64,000 nt of DNA, taken from contig JBDQNU010000002.1 of the NCBI GenBank assembly GCA_040261535.1, positions 56,661 to 120,660 of the forward strand, read 5' to 3'. The notes under the pieces are model-generated. The model made no database searches. It saw nothing but the letters and a program-made list of their open reading frames with translations, and had not been told where the DNA came from. The position numbers and the translations under genes were made by a program. Position 1 is the first letter of the stretch. Every line of letters starts with the position of its first letter. Below are positions 17,931 to 27,177 of this stretch, one piece after another. The DNA comes from Poseidonia sp. GTDB lineage: Archaea > Thermoplasmatota > Poseidoniia > Poseidoniales > Poseidoniaceae.

Positions 17931-18968
17931 ATGAATGACGAGCGGAGCCCTTCGGTGGCGACCGTCATTCCCGTTTACAACGAGGCGGAGCACATTGAGG
18001 CCTGCCTCCACGGACTTCTCCATCAAACACTTGCTCCATCAGAACACATGATTCTCGTTCTTGATGGCGGTTCAAGCGACGGAACCGTCGCCAAGGTGGA
18101 GGCCTTCATCGCCTGTTTTTGCGGGCCCGAATATCCGACCCTTCAACTCATGAACAACCCCGGAAGGACCGTCCCGCATGCACGAAACCTTGCCCTTGAG
18201 CATCTTCCCCAATCGGTGCGGTTCCTCGTTGAGATGATCGGACACGCAGAAGTTCAACCCGACCATCTCGAGAAACGTTTGGAGAGTTGGAGTCAGTGCA
18301 CATCCATGGCGTCACGTCCGCTCGCCGGCGTTGGTGTTCGCGTGGTGGCCTCCGAGGCAGAGGAAGGTCCGGTTTCCCGATGGATTGAGTCGGTCCTCGC
18401 CTCCAAGATCGGGCAAAGCGGCGGTCAATTCAGTCCGTTTTCTCGAACGGAGCCAACCGATGTTCCGGCGTTCGTGATGCACGATCGCACCGCGCTCGAG
18501 GCCGTGAACGGATGGGATGCATCGTTTATCACCAGCCAGGACAGCGAACTTTCCATGCGACTCGTGAAAGCCGGCTACGGTCTTTACCGAACGCCTGAGC
18601 CGGCCGTCGCTATGCACAAGCGGTCGACGCTTGGCCAATGGTGGCGTATGGGTCACCGGTACGGTTTTTGGCGAACCAAGGTGCTGATGCGTCACCCACG
18701 GCGTGCACGATGGCAGGAGTTCCTTCCTTGGTTTGGCTTTCTTGCGACGTTGGGCTTGCTTCTCAACGGTGCTGTGTTTTGGTGGGCGCTCCCTGCCGCT
18801 TACGGCGGCGTCCTGTTCGTTCTTGCCTTCGTCAACGCGTTTGCACACCGTTCCCTCGCAAGTCTGTTTGGCGTGCCGCTCTGCTTCGTCATGCTGCACA
18901 CGAGTTTTTCCATCGGTTTGATGGACGGTCTTCTCCGCAAAGGGCGTCTGCCTCGTGACCGTGGTTGA
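17931..18968 (+). CDS. Family 2 glycosyltransferase with C-terminal TM helices
   Basis: VATVIPVYNEAEHIEACL and LDGGSSDGT are GT2 signatures. Hydrophobic C-terminus. ATG at 17931; the track start is GTG 17907. Confidence 0.8.
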   Translation: MNDERSPSVATVIPVYNEAEHIEACLHGLLHQTLAPSEHMILVLDGGSSDGTVAKVEAFIACFCGPEYPTLQLMNNPGRTVPHARNLALEHLPQSVRFLVEMIGHAEVQPDHLEKRLESWSQCTSMASRPLAGVGVRVVASEAEEGPVSRWIESVLASKIGQSGGQFSPFSRTEPTDVPAFVMHDRTALEAVNGWDASFITSQDSELSMRLVKAGYGLYRTPEPAVAMHKRSTLGQWWRMGHRYGFWRTKVLMRHPRRARWQEFLPWFGFLATLGLLLNGAVFWWALPAAYGGVLFVLAFVNAFAHRSLASLFGVPLCFVMLHTSFSIGLMDGLLRKGRLPRDRG

Positions 18969-19004
18969 GAACAACCACCCAATAGATACATCAGCGACGG
19001 GACC

Positions 19005-19958
19005 ATGAACAGGGTGAACATCATGAGTGAAAAACGACGCATGACCTCTCGCGGTTTGAGCGTCTTGCCCCTACTCTTGATGGGCGTGACCCATCTCTCT
19101 CTCCCACCTCTCCAATCGATGTTTGACCTTGAACCCCGGCTGATGTACGGGTACTACGGCGTTGCCCTCGTTCTTGGCGTTGTGCTTTTCCGACGGTCTG
19201 GCGTTGTCAAAGACCACGAATACAACCGATCGAAAGCCATGAAAAAAATCCGGCATGTCTACGAGGCTGAAGCCCGAGGTGTATGGGAAACCAACGCCCC
19301 CCTCGATCCCAACATGGATGCGAAAACACAGGCGAACATGTCGAAGTCTGTTGGCGAATTCTCGGGTGAGGGTGCCGAAATTGAACTCCCGGACGATGAG
19401 CAGGTGGAGGTGAGGATGTTGTCGGAAGCGGCTCACGTTGTCATGGCAAATGCCCGTGTTTCCGGAGAAGCCTCCTTTGACGATGACGCCACGGGAGGAA
19501 CGGTTGGGGCAACCCGAAACGTGGGCCCCATGGACCGCTTTTTGGATGCTTTGTTCGGCTTTTTCGGTCGCGATAGCCGTGCTGAACGCGAAGCTCAAAG
19601 GCGACGACGTCTTGAACAGGCGGCCTCAAATTCACCCGTGCTTGCTCAACGGCCGGTCGCCCCTCTGCGCTTCAACAAAACCGATGACTCAAGTGAGGTC
19701 AACATGGTATCGATGAGCGATGAAGGCGGTGTTGAGACGGTCATCTCTACAACGGGCATGGAAAAAGAGGTCCCGATGCTTGGTGGGCAGGAGCCTCAAC
19801 CCAGCCAAATGCAAGAATCCTTGGAGAGCATGGCCATGATGGGTCAAGCCCCGTCCTCTTCCAACACCTTTGCGACAGCAGGCCCTCAATGCCGCGGCTG
19901 CAGTTCGCCGGTCTCTCCAACCGAACGGTTCTGCCCGCATTGCGGGTTGGACCTCTGA
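19005..19958 (+). CDS. Membrane protein with a disordered cytoplasmic region and a C-terminal zinc ribbon
   Basis: Two N-terminal hydrophobic segments, an acidic low-complexity middle, and a C-terminal CRGCSSPVSPTERFCPHCG (CxxC...CxxC). Confidence 0.5.
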   Translation: MNRVNIMSEKRRMTSRGLSVLPLLLMGVTHLSLPPLQSMFDLEPRLMYGYYGVALVLGVVLFRRSGVVKDHEYNRSKAMKKIRHVYEAEARGVWETNAPLDPNMDAKTQANMSKSVGEFSGEGAEIELPDDEQVEVRMLSEAAHVVMANARVSGEASFDDDATGGTVGATRNVGPMDRFLDALFGFFGRDSRAEREAQRRRRLEQAASNSPVLAQRPVAPLRFNKTDDSSEVNMVSMSDEGGVETVISTTGMEKEVPMLGGQEPQPSQMQESLESMAMMGQAPSSSNTFATAGPQCRGCSSPVSPTERFCPHCGLDL

Positions 19959-20014
19959 AGCGAAGCGTGAGGTTGAAAGCGGGCCCCTCGTAGTAGCAAG
20001 CGGAGACGAAGGCG

Positions 20015-21139
20015 ATGGCTGACAAACGGGACTATTACGAGGTCTTGGGCGTTGAGAAATCTGCCTCGCAAGCGGATCTCAAGAATGCCTTTCGTCGCCT
20101 CGCCCGAAAGTACCATCCTGACCGAAGCACCGAAGAGGACGCCGAAGATCGGTTCAAGGAAATTCAAGAAGCCTATGCGGTGCTTTCGGACGATGAAAAG
20201 CGAAGTCAGTACGACCGGTTCGGTCATGGTGGGCCCCAAGGGAATCCCTTTGGTGGATTTGGGGGAGGCTTCAACATCAACCTTGACGAAATTCTCGGGG
20301 GGGATTTTTTCTCCTCCTTTTTCGGCGGTGGCTCCGGTCGCCGCCGCCGGAGCCGACGTGGTTCTGACATCTTGCTTCGCCACTCAATCAACCTTGAAGA
20401 CGTGCTCAACGGAACGGAACAAGAGGTTGTTCTCGACCTACCGGAACCTTGCACCTCATGCGAAGGCACGGGGGCTGAAGGCGGAGATTTGGTGACCTGC
20501 TCAGCATGTTCAGGCCAAGGTCAGGTGCGTGTTCGCCAGCAGGTTGGTCCCTTCATTCAGGAATCTGTTCAGGCCTGTGACCCGTGCTCCGGGCGAGGCC
20601 GAGTCTCGGACCGTCCATGCGAGGATTGCAACGGGCGAGGTCAGGAATTGAAGTCGAACACGCTTCGGTTCCACGTCCCAGAAGGCGCAGAATCCGGCAC
20701 GCGTCTGCGGATGCGAGGGAAGGGTGAACCTGCTCCGCAAGGGTCGGGTGAACCCGGTGACTTGTTCATCGAGTTGGAAGTTGATCCTCATCCTTGGTTT
20801 GAGCGAAACGGTTCCGACCTCATCATGTCGCTTCCGCTTGGCTACGCCGATCTTCTGCTCGGTACGACGGTGACCTTGGACCATATCGATGGAAAACCGC
20901 TTGTGATCAAAATTCCTGCACACTCCAATTCTGGGGAGACCGTTGAAATCCGAAAACGGGGCTTGCCTCGTCAACGGGGTTCCGGGCGTGGCGATGTGGT
21001 TGTTCTGCTCAAATTGTACATGCCAAAAAAGGCCAGCAAGGCCACAAGGAAGGCGTTGGAGTCGGTTCGAGATGACCTTGCCCCGAAGGACGTCACGCAG
21101 AGCATCCTCGACGATGCAGAAGAACGTCGAACCTCATGA
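20015..21139 (+). CDS. dnaJ: Chaperone DnaJ (type I Hsp40)
   Basis: J domain DYYEVLGV...YHPD, a G/F-rich linker, and four CxxCxGxG repeats (CTSCEGTG, CSACSGQG, CDPCSGRG, CEDCNGRG). Confidence 0.95.
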   Translation: MADKRDYYEVLGVEKSASQADLKNAFRRLARKYHPDRSTEEDAEDRFKEIQEAYAVLSDDEKRSQYDRFGHGGPQGNPFGGFGGGFNINLDEILGGDFFSSFFGGGSGRRRRSRRGSDILLRHSINLEDVLNGTEQEVVLDLPEPCTSCEGTGAEGGDLVTCSACSGQGQVRVRQQVGPFIQESVQACDPCSGRGRVSDRPCEDCNGRGQELKSNTLRFHVPEGAESGTRLRMRGKGEPAPQGSGEPGDLFIELEVDPHPWFERNGSDLIMSLPLGYADLLLGTTVTLDHIDGKPLVIKIPAHSNSGETVEIRKRGLPRQRGSGRGDVVVLLKLYMPKKASKATRKALESVRDDLAPKDVTQSILDDAEERRTS

Positions 21140-21142
21140 GTT

Positions 21143-23356
21143 CTAATCGGCACGTTCGACGGTTTCTGGCATTCGGGCAGCGAACGGTTCTCCGCCGACT
21201 CGGCCGTTGAGTTCAACATCAACGCGTTGTCCAGGCCCTTCAAGCTCAACGACCACGTAGGCTCGGTGGCCTTCGTGAAGTTGGTCTAAGAAAAGTTCCT
21301 CGCCCTGGTGCAAGAAACGAGGTTCCACGTGGACGACTTCAAAGGCCTGGCCTTCGGGCGCGTCAAACCGCAAGGCAGCGAGTTCCCACGCATCGGAAAG
21401 GATGTGCACGCCGACGACCAAGACCCAATTGCCTTCGGTTTTTGCGAGCCGTGGGTCCACCTGCCACACCGCCAGTGCGACGGATTCAGTGCGGTGTTCA
21501 ACCCGTTCGTTCCCCCATGCATCCATGCCTTCCTGCCAGTCAAGTTGAGCCACCGCTTCAAGCACGTTTGAGAGGTCCGTTCGGGCTTCCTTCACGCTCG
21601 TCTCACCGCTGTCAAGGCGGGCGGTGTACCACGCCAGCCGTTGTTTCTGTTCGGCCAGCACACGGGCAAACCGCCGGTTCCGTCGAAGTGTAACGGTCAA
21701 GTACATAACGGGAAGAAGGAACAGGAATCCGAGGAACCAGCGAGCAACGCCACCCCAAAACACCGCATCATCGCTGGGAGGGAACCACGGTTCTTCGCCC
21801 TCATCGATCAGAGAGTAGGCTGTCTGCACCGTGTAGGTGCGGGATTCAACATCTTCTCCCCAGAGATGAGGTGTCGCTTCGGAGGCGTTTTGGAAGCGAA
21901 ACTGGACATAATGCGTGCCCCGACCGACTTGAAGGCCGATGCTCAACGTATCGCCGACGGGCCGTGTAATGTCCGTGAGGAGCACCTCGCCCGTCTTTTG
22001 GTCGATGTCCCAGAGTTGCGCTTCCAAGCCCGCCACGTCCCCATCGATGCTAAACTGAACATAGTGGATGGAATCCAGCCAACCGTCCACTTCAAGCCGG
22101 TACGTGTCAGCAGTATCGTGAACGGAGAGGGTGAATTCCCCGGTGGTGGTGCTCGTTAAGTTGAGAAGGGGCCAACTGCTGTTGTTGGCTTCAAGGCTTG
22201 AAGGACGATAGGCCGGGGCTTCCAAGCCGTCGTGGTCAGCGAACGACACGCTCAGGAGTTCAAGGGAAAAGACGGATGTGTTGAGGACATTGAGGCGACC
22301 AACGGTGGTGTTCGGGTACGGGCGGACCGTCAGGGATTCTCCGGAACCCACGACGGAGGGGGTGCCCGTGACCCAAGAACCGCTCATGAGTTGGTCGATT
22401 TGAACCGTGGCTCCGGAGAGTCGTGATTGGAGGTGGAGCGTGTCAACATCGGGCCAAGAAAAGAGGACCTCTCGGGAACCGTGTCCGAGGACTTCCGCAC
22501 CGTATCGCAGGTCGTCGTCGACAAGATTCAGCGTTTCTGATGCCGGATGGAGCATCACGTGCGCCGCCCACACAGCTCCCTGTTCGTGCGAGGAAAGGCG
22601 AGCGATGAAACGGCCATCCTCTTCCGCCGTCCACCATGCAGCGTTGGGTGGTTGTCCTGAGAGTTCGCTAAAACCGGCAACGGCTTCGTGAACGTTCTCG
22701 TGAGTTTGCTCGGTCGTGTTGGATTGATGGTACATTCGTACGTCGACGGCTCGGGTGGCTGCCAACCACTGCCACTCCAGCGAATCGCCGGCTTGGACAT
22801 CCATCACGATGTATTCGTCGTTGGCCGAATCCAAGTGACCTGCGAGGCGGAATTCCATGTCTTGGGAGGACATGATGCGAGAGGCGAGGGTCCCCGTCTT
22901 GGCGTCAAGGCACGCTTCGACCGGATCGCAAATGCCCACAGAGGTTGTGGTAGCGATTTCGCCGGGTGCCGGGCGAACGGTAGGATGCGCTTCATCGATC
23001 GGCGAAACCACCATCAACGAAACCGTTTCTTCGGTGGAACTCGTCACGCTGATCGTCACCTCCGTTGCGTCTGAAGCGATGATGGCCAACGTGTTCAACG
23101 CTCCTTCTTCCGTGGTGATGTCGCTTCCAGCCACCTCCACGGCGCAGGCGTTGCAATCCCAAGAAAGGAGGGCGAGTTCCCCGGTGTTCAAGGACATGCG
23201 CTGTTCATGGGGTGCCTCCGGCGAGACGTTCACCACGGTGATGCGACCGGGATCTTCCGCAGTTCCTTGAGCCAGCGCATGGGTCATCGGAAGAAAGCAG
23301 AAGGAAAGGAACAACAGGAGCAATGAGCAACGCGCAACACCCGAAGCCCACCTCAT
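21143..23356 (-). CDS. Type I membrane surface protein (737 aa) with a ~170 aa cytoplasmic domain
   Basis: Signal MRWASGVARCSLLLLFLSFCFLPMTHALAQG. TM VARWFLGFLFLLPVMYLTVTL followed by RRNRR. The C-terminal ~170 aa are not low-complexity. Confidence 0.7.
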   Translation of the reverse strand: MRWASGVARCSLLLLFLSFCFLPMTHALAQGTAEDPGRITVVNVSPEAPHEQRMSLNTGELALLSWDCNACAVEVAGSDITTEEGALNTLAIIASDATEVTISVTSSTEETVSLMVVSPIDEAHPTVRPAPGEIATTTSVGICDPVEACLDAKTGTLASRIMSSQDMEFRLAGHLDSANDEYIVMDVQAGDSLEWQWLAATRAVDVRMYHQSNTTEQTHENVHEAVAGFSELSGQPPNAAWWTAEEDGRFIARLSSHEQGAVWAAHVMLHPASETLNLVDDDLRYGAEVLGHGSREVLFSWPDVDTLHLQSRLSGATVQIDQLMSGSWVTGTPSVVGSGESLTVRPYPNTTVGRLNVLNTSVFSLELLSVSFADHDGLEAPAYRPSSLEANNSSWPLLNLTSTTTGEFTLSVHDTADTYRLEVDGWLDSIHYVQFSIDGDVAGLEAQLWDIDQKTGEVLLTDITRPVGDTLSIGLQVGRGTHYVQFRFQNASEATPHLWGEDVESRTYTVQTAYSLIDEGEEPWFPPSDDAVFWGGVARWFLGFLFLLPVMYLTVTLRRNRRFARVLAEQKQRLAWYTARLDSGETSVKEARTDLSNVLEAVAQLDWQEGMDAWGNERVEHRTESVALAVWQVDPRLAKTEGNWVLVVGVHILSDAWELAALRFDAPEGQAFEVVHVEPRFLHQGEELFLDQLHEGHRAYVVVELEGPGQRVDVELNGRVGGEPFAARMPETVERAD

Positions 23357-23440
23357 GTCTTTGCGTGGGGGAGGAGTCTTTCAAATCCACCCCTTTCAAG
23401 GGTTCAAACCTTTCAAGAAGCGAAGGTCTCAGCACGGTTC

Positions 23441-25222
23441 ATGGCGGATGTCTTGGGGCGCACGGTGTTGTCACGACACCGCTACGCTCGAGTTTGGGGT
23501 CTTGGGGACCGGAAACAACCAAGCTCACAAACGCCGGGCGTGGTGCTTCTCGAGGGCGACCCTTCGTTGCCCTTGAACTACGCACCGTTTGAATCAAGCA
23601 CCACTCCAACTCTTCCTGCGAACCTTAACCTCCGTTCACGTGGTCCGTTTTCGCCGCCACAATTTTCCGAAAACCTCCCGAATTACAGCGTCTCCATCGG
23701 TCACGTCTTGCCTCCTTCGCTTGAGGACGCCAACGCTGGTGAACCTCAGGGCACAAGTGAACTCTTGCCCGTCTCTTGGCAGCGTATGCACCACGACGCC
23801 TCCCTCACCGACGCCGCTCTTTCTCCCGAAATTGTGGTTTTGACCGATGCCGTCCAACTCGCCAGCCAACCAGGAAAACTCCCTTCGGCCATCATCGCTC
23901 TCAAACATCGTTTCCCCGGAGCGTTGTTGTGGACTCCGGGCATCGGCGGTCCGGACAACCTTGCTGCGTTGGTTCACATGGGTGTGGATTTGGTTGACCT
24001 TGCCCGCTGTCACCAAGCGGTGGCGGTTGGCCTGGTTCTTACTCAAAACGGCCCCCGTCCTCCCCTCGAACATGAAGATACGAACCTCGAGACGCAAGCC
24101 TACCACATGATGAAGGCCATCGATGAAGTTCGTTCTTCCATCGCCCAGGGAAGCATCCAAACGCTGGCCGTTCGCTCATCGCTATCCAGCCCACGCTTGG
24201 TTGAGCACCTGCGCAAGCACCAAGCCCAATGCTCTGGCCAAGCCGGCTTGCTCGCCTCCCATGTCGATGCATCCCACGTTCTCGAGTGTTTCTCCCCCCA
24301 CATGCTCGACGATCCGGTGGTTACCGACTGGGAACGTTTCATCACCGAGGCGTACGTTCCGCCAACGCCGGTTCAAGATGTGATGATCTTCTTGCCGTGT
24401 TCGGCAAGAAAGCCGTACCGCCTCTCCAAATCCCACACGCAGTTTTTGCGAGCCATCCAATCCACGGGTTGTCACGAGGTGATGATGACCTCCCCGCTCG
24501 GACTCGTTCCTCGTGACTTGGAGGATGTTTGGCCAGCCGCCAATTACGATGTTCCGGTGACCGGAGACTGGTCGATGGATGAACTTGACAGGGTGCGACG
24601 CATGCTGGCTGCCCTTGTCAAGAAAGGGGGCTACAAACGCATCATCAACCACACCGGAATGGCATTGGATTTCTTGGACATCGATGTTGTCAACACCCGG
24701 GACGGGGACGGAGCCACGCATTACGACGCATTGCAACGGCTCTCTTCCGCCGTTAAAGAAGCAGTGGAAACGTTTGAACTTCGCAACCAAAAAAACAGTC
24801 TCCGCTTGCTTGAACACTTCAAGAGCATCGCTCGGAAAACCACGGGCACCGATGCATGGCTTGAGGGTGCAAAGGTCAAAGGAAAATTGCCCCGATGGAA
24901 ACTTGAGAAAGACGGGGTTCAACTCGCCGTTTGGTCGATTGACCGCAACGGTTTCTCTCTTTCCCGATCATCCATTGATGTTCTTCACGAACACGGTGCA
25001 CTCCACGAAGTGCATCTGCACTCGGATGTGGAATGGAAAGGGGACGTCTTTTTCCAACATGTGTCGTCCTTTGATGCTGAAATCCGGGCGGGCGATGATG
25101 TCCGAGTGTTGCAAAACGGTGAATGCATTGGCCTTGCAAGGTCACTTGCGCCGGGTTGGGAATGGTCAGGGACGCCGGGGATGCTGGCCAAAGCCCATCA
25201 ACGGAAGAAAAAATCCTCCTGA
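23441..25222 (+). CDS. arcS: Archaeosine synthase-like protein (ArcS: DUF5591 + PUA)
   Basis: PCxxxKPY motif (IFLPCSARKPYRLSKSH) and a C-terminal PUA-like segment (RAGDDVRVLQNGECIGLARSLAPGWEW). The length fits ArcS. Confidence 0.7.
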   Translation: MADVLGRTVLSRHRYARVWGLGDRKQPSSQTPGVVLLEGDPSLPLNYAPFESSTTPTLPANLNLRSRGPFSPPQFSENLPNYSVSIGHVLPPSLEDANAGEPQGTSELLPVSWQRMHHDASLTDAALSPEIVVLTDAVQLASQPGKLPSAIIALKHRFPGALLWTPGIGGPDNLAALVHMGVDLVDLARCHQAVAVGLVLTQNGPRPPLEHEDTNLETQAYHMMKAIDEVRSSIAQGSIQTLAVRSSLSSPRLVEHLRKHQAQCSGQAGLLASHVDASHVLECFSPHMLDDPVVTDWERFITEAYVPPTPVQDVMIFLPCSARKPYRLSKSHTQFLRAIQSTGCHEVMMTSPLGLVPRDLEDVWPAANYDVPVTGDWSMDELDRVRRMLAALVKKGGYKRIINHTGMALDFLDIDVVNTRDGDGATHYDALQRLSSAVKEAVETFELRNQKNSLRLLEHFKSIARKTTGTDAWLEGAKVKGKLPRWKLEKDGVQLAVWSIDRNGFSLSRSSIDVLHEHGALHEVHLHSDVEWKGDVFFQHVSSFDAEIRAGDDVRVLQNGECIGLARSLAPGWEWSGTPGMLAKAHQRKKKSS

Positions 25223-25292
25223 AAGCAACGCCGCTCGTTTGCGGAGTGATTAAGAAGGGGAGATAGGTCGGAAGTTCGCTTGGTGATGCTAA

Positions 25293-25751
25293 ATGGCACG
25301 TATGTACAAGTCCCGACGAGGCCAAAGCGGCTCCTCCCGTCCCCACGTTTCCGAGGCACCTTCGTGGTCCAACACCGATAAGGATGCCATTCAGTCCCTC
25401 ATTCTCGAAATGGGGAAATCCGGAATGTCTTCAGCAGAGATCGGAACGGTCCTGCGGGACAAGCACGCTGTCCCCAACGTCCGCCTTGTGCTCGGCAAGC
25501 GAATCGGCCAAGTCTTGGCTGAAAACGACATGGGGGGTTCCTACCCAGAGGACATGATGAACCTCATGCGTCAAGCCGTCGGTATCATCAACCATCTTGG
25601 CTCGGGCAACCACAAGGACATTCACAACAAGCGAGCGCTTGAGATCACCGAATCCAAGATTCGAAAACTCGCCAACTACTACAAGGGCGAAGGGCGCCTC
25701 CCAAGCGAGTGGCGCTACAAGCGGGACGAACTCCGCTTGATGGTTGAGTGA
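25293..25751 (+). CDS. rps15: Ribosomal protein uS15 (archaeal S15P/S13e)
   Basis: MARMYKSRRGQSGSSRP...SAEIGTVLRDKHAVPNV...NHKDIHNKRALEITESKIRKLANYYK. GGTGAT Shine-Dalgarno sequence 6 nt upstream of the ATG. Confidence 0.95.
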   Translation: MARMYKSRRGQSGSSRPHVSEAPSWSNTDKDAIQSLILEMGKSGMSSAEIGTVLRDKHAVPNVRLVLGKRIGQVLAENDMGGSYPEDMMNLMRQAVGIINHLGSGNHKDIHNKRALEITESKIRKLANYYKGEGRLPSEWRYKRDELRLMVE

Positions 25752-25797
25752 CCCCGGCACCTCGCCAAGGACACGTTGATGAGGGGCGACACGCCCC

Positions 25798-26736
25798 GTG
25801 GATTTGTTCACCATGAGAGATTTGTTCTCTGCACCGTTCATTCAACCCGTTTCGGGATTGCTCCAGCGGTACCTCGAACGACTCCAAGCGGCTGATACCG
25901 TCCAGTTGAGCGCGCCTGCGACCTTGGAGGGTGTGCTTGCGCTTGGGCAACTTGAGGGGGCGTTCTTGGATTGTGGAGTCAAGTACAGCCGCCGCTTCAC
26001 TGCACCTCGTGAACACGTTCCCAGAGATGAATGGGGCTTGCCCGAACCCCCTCCTCAAGGCCTGGGGGTCTTTCTTAACGTTGAAGACGAAACTTGGTCG
26101 GCAAGCGAACTTCCTGAGGAGGCGTTGGTGAACATTGCTCCTGTTCAAACCAACGTGGTCTTCGGTTCCAAAAACAAGGCCCACGCTGGGGCCCTCGACC
26201 CCGTTCTTCAAGCAGCAGCCTTGGCTGCGGCTTTGGCTCCAAACGGACGAAGGGTGCGTTCGTTGCGCCCTTTCATTTCGCTGGGCTTGTGGATGCGTGG
26301 TTCCCTTGATACGAGTTACGATCCCATTCACTCAGCCACGGTTGCGCATCTCCAAGACGAGGGAAGCATCCGAACCGTCCCTCTTCCAGAAGTGGGCGAT
26401 CCGGTGGTGGACATGATGCCGGGGATGTCGTCTCGCCAACTCAAACGCTTGAGCAAAGCATGGGAGGGAATGGACGTGGACCAGCGAACGATGGCTTTGA
26501 GTGAGTTGGTTTTGCCTTGTTTGACCCATCCGGCCCTTTCCACCCCTCGCCTTGAGGAATTGGTGTGGCACCGAATGGTCCTCAAGGGTCACCCGCAAGA
26601 TGTGGTCAGTCAGGCCCACAAGGTGCAAAAATCGTGGCCAAAAGAACTCGACAAGGCCCGCCTGTTCGCCTCAAAAACACTTGATTCCTGGCTGCAAACC
26701 GGCATGTTGATTCCGTCAGAACAAGCGACGGATTGA
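25798..26736 (+). CDS. Hypothetical protein; possible degenerate RecJ/DHH-like protein (speculative)
   Basis: 312-aa ORF (GTG start) directly downstream of rps15, the slot often occupied by RecJ/GAN homologs in Euryarchaeota. No intact DHH or DxD motifs seen. Confidence 0.5.
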   Translation: MDLFTMRDLFSAPFIQPVSGLLQRYLERLQAADTVQLSAPATLEGVLALGQLEGAFLDCGVKYSRRFTAPREHVPRDEWGLPEPPPQGLGVFLNVEDETWSASELPEEALVNIAPVQTNVVFGSKNKAHAGALDPVLQAAALAAALAPNGRRVRSLRPFISLGLWMRGSLDTSYDPIHSATVAHLQDEGSIRTVPLPEVGDPVVDMMPGMSSRQLKRLSKAWEGMDVDQRTMALSELVLPCLTHPALSTPRLEELVWHRMVLKGHPQDVVSQAHKVQKSWPKELDKARLFASKTLDSWLQTGMLIPSEQATD

Positions 26737-26743
26737 AGCCACC

Positions 26744-27112
26744 TTGGGCCTTGGGAGGTTCATGGCGATTGAACGGTTGTTGACAGGAAGCATCCAAAAC
26801 CAAATTCAAGAGTTGATGTCAACCGAAGATTTGGTCATCGAGGCGTTCCGTGATTTGGTCAAGGATGAACTCAAGGCACACATCAGGGCAAAGGTTGACG
26901 ATGACCCCGATCTGAAAGCCGAAATCAAGGAGGCCGTTGCCTATTATTTCCACTCCAAGGCCCGTAGCATTTACGCGGAGTTGAAAGCCACCAGGGCCGC
27001 AACCCGGCTCGGCTTGCGCCTGCTTCCCGATGAATTGCAAGGCGAGGTCGGCGAGGCTTTGGTCACGCTGTTCGAAAAAGAACTTGGGGCTCTCCTCGAA
27101 AAAGCACTTTGA
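26744..27112 (+). CDS. Hypothetical small helical protein
   Basis: 122-aa ORF with charged helical composition (alternative ATG at 26762). Tightly packed between same-strand genes. Confidence 0.45.
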   Translation: MGLGRFMAIERLLTGSIQNQIQELMSTEDLVIEAFRDLVKDELKAHIRAKVDDDPDLKAEIKEAVAYYFHSKARSIYAELKATRAATRLGLRLLPDELQGEVGEALVTLFEKELGALLEKAL

Positions 27113-27177
27113 GGCTCATCGGCTCACCGCGAGGCGTTCATGTTATGTGCAGGTCGTCCGTGGAACGGCTGAAAGCC

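Noticed and set aside
24182-25253. 246-aa antisense ORF and 224-aa alternate-frame ORF within arcS
   Set aside because: The arcS frame carries the PCxxxKPY and PUA-like motifs. These two have no motifs and biased composition.
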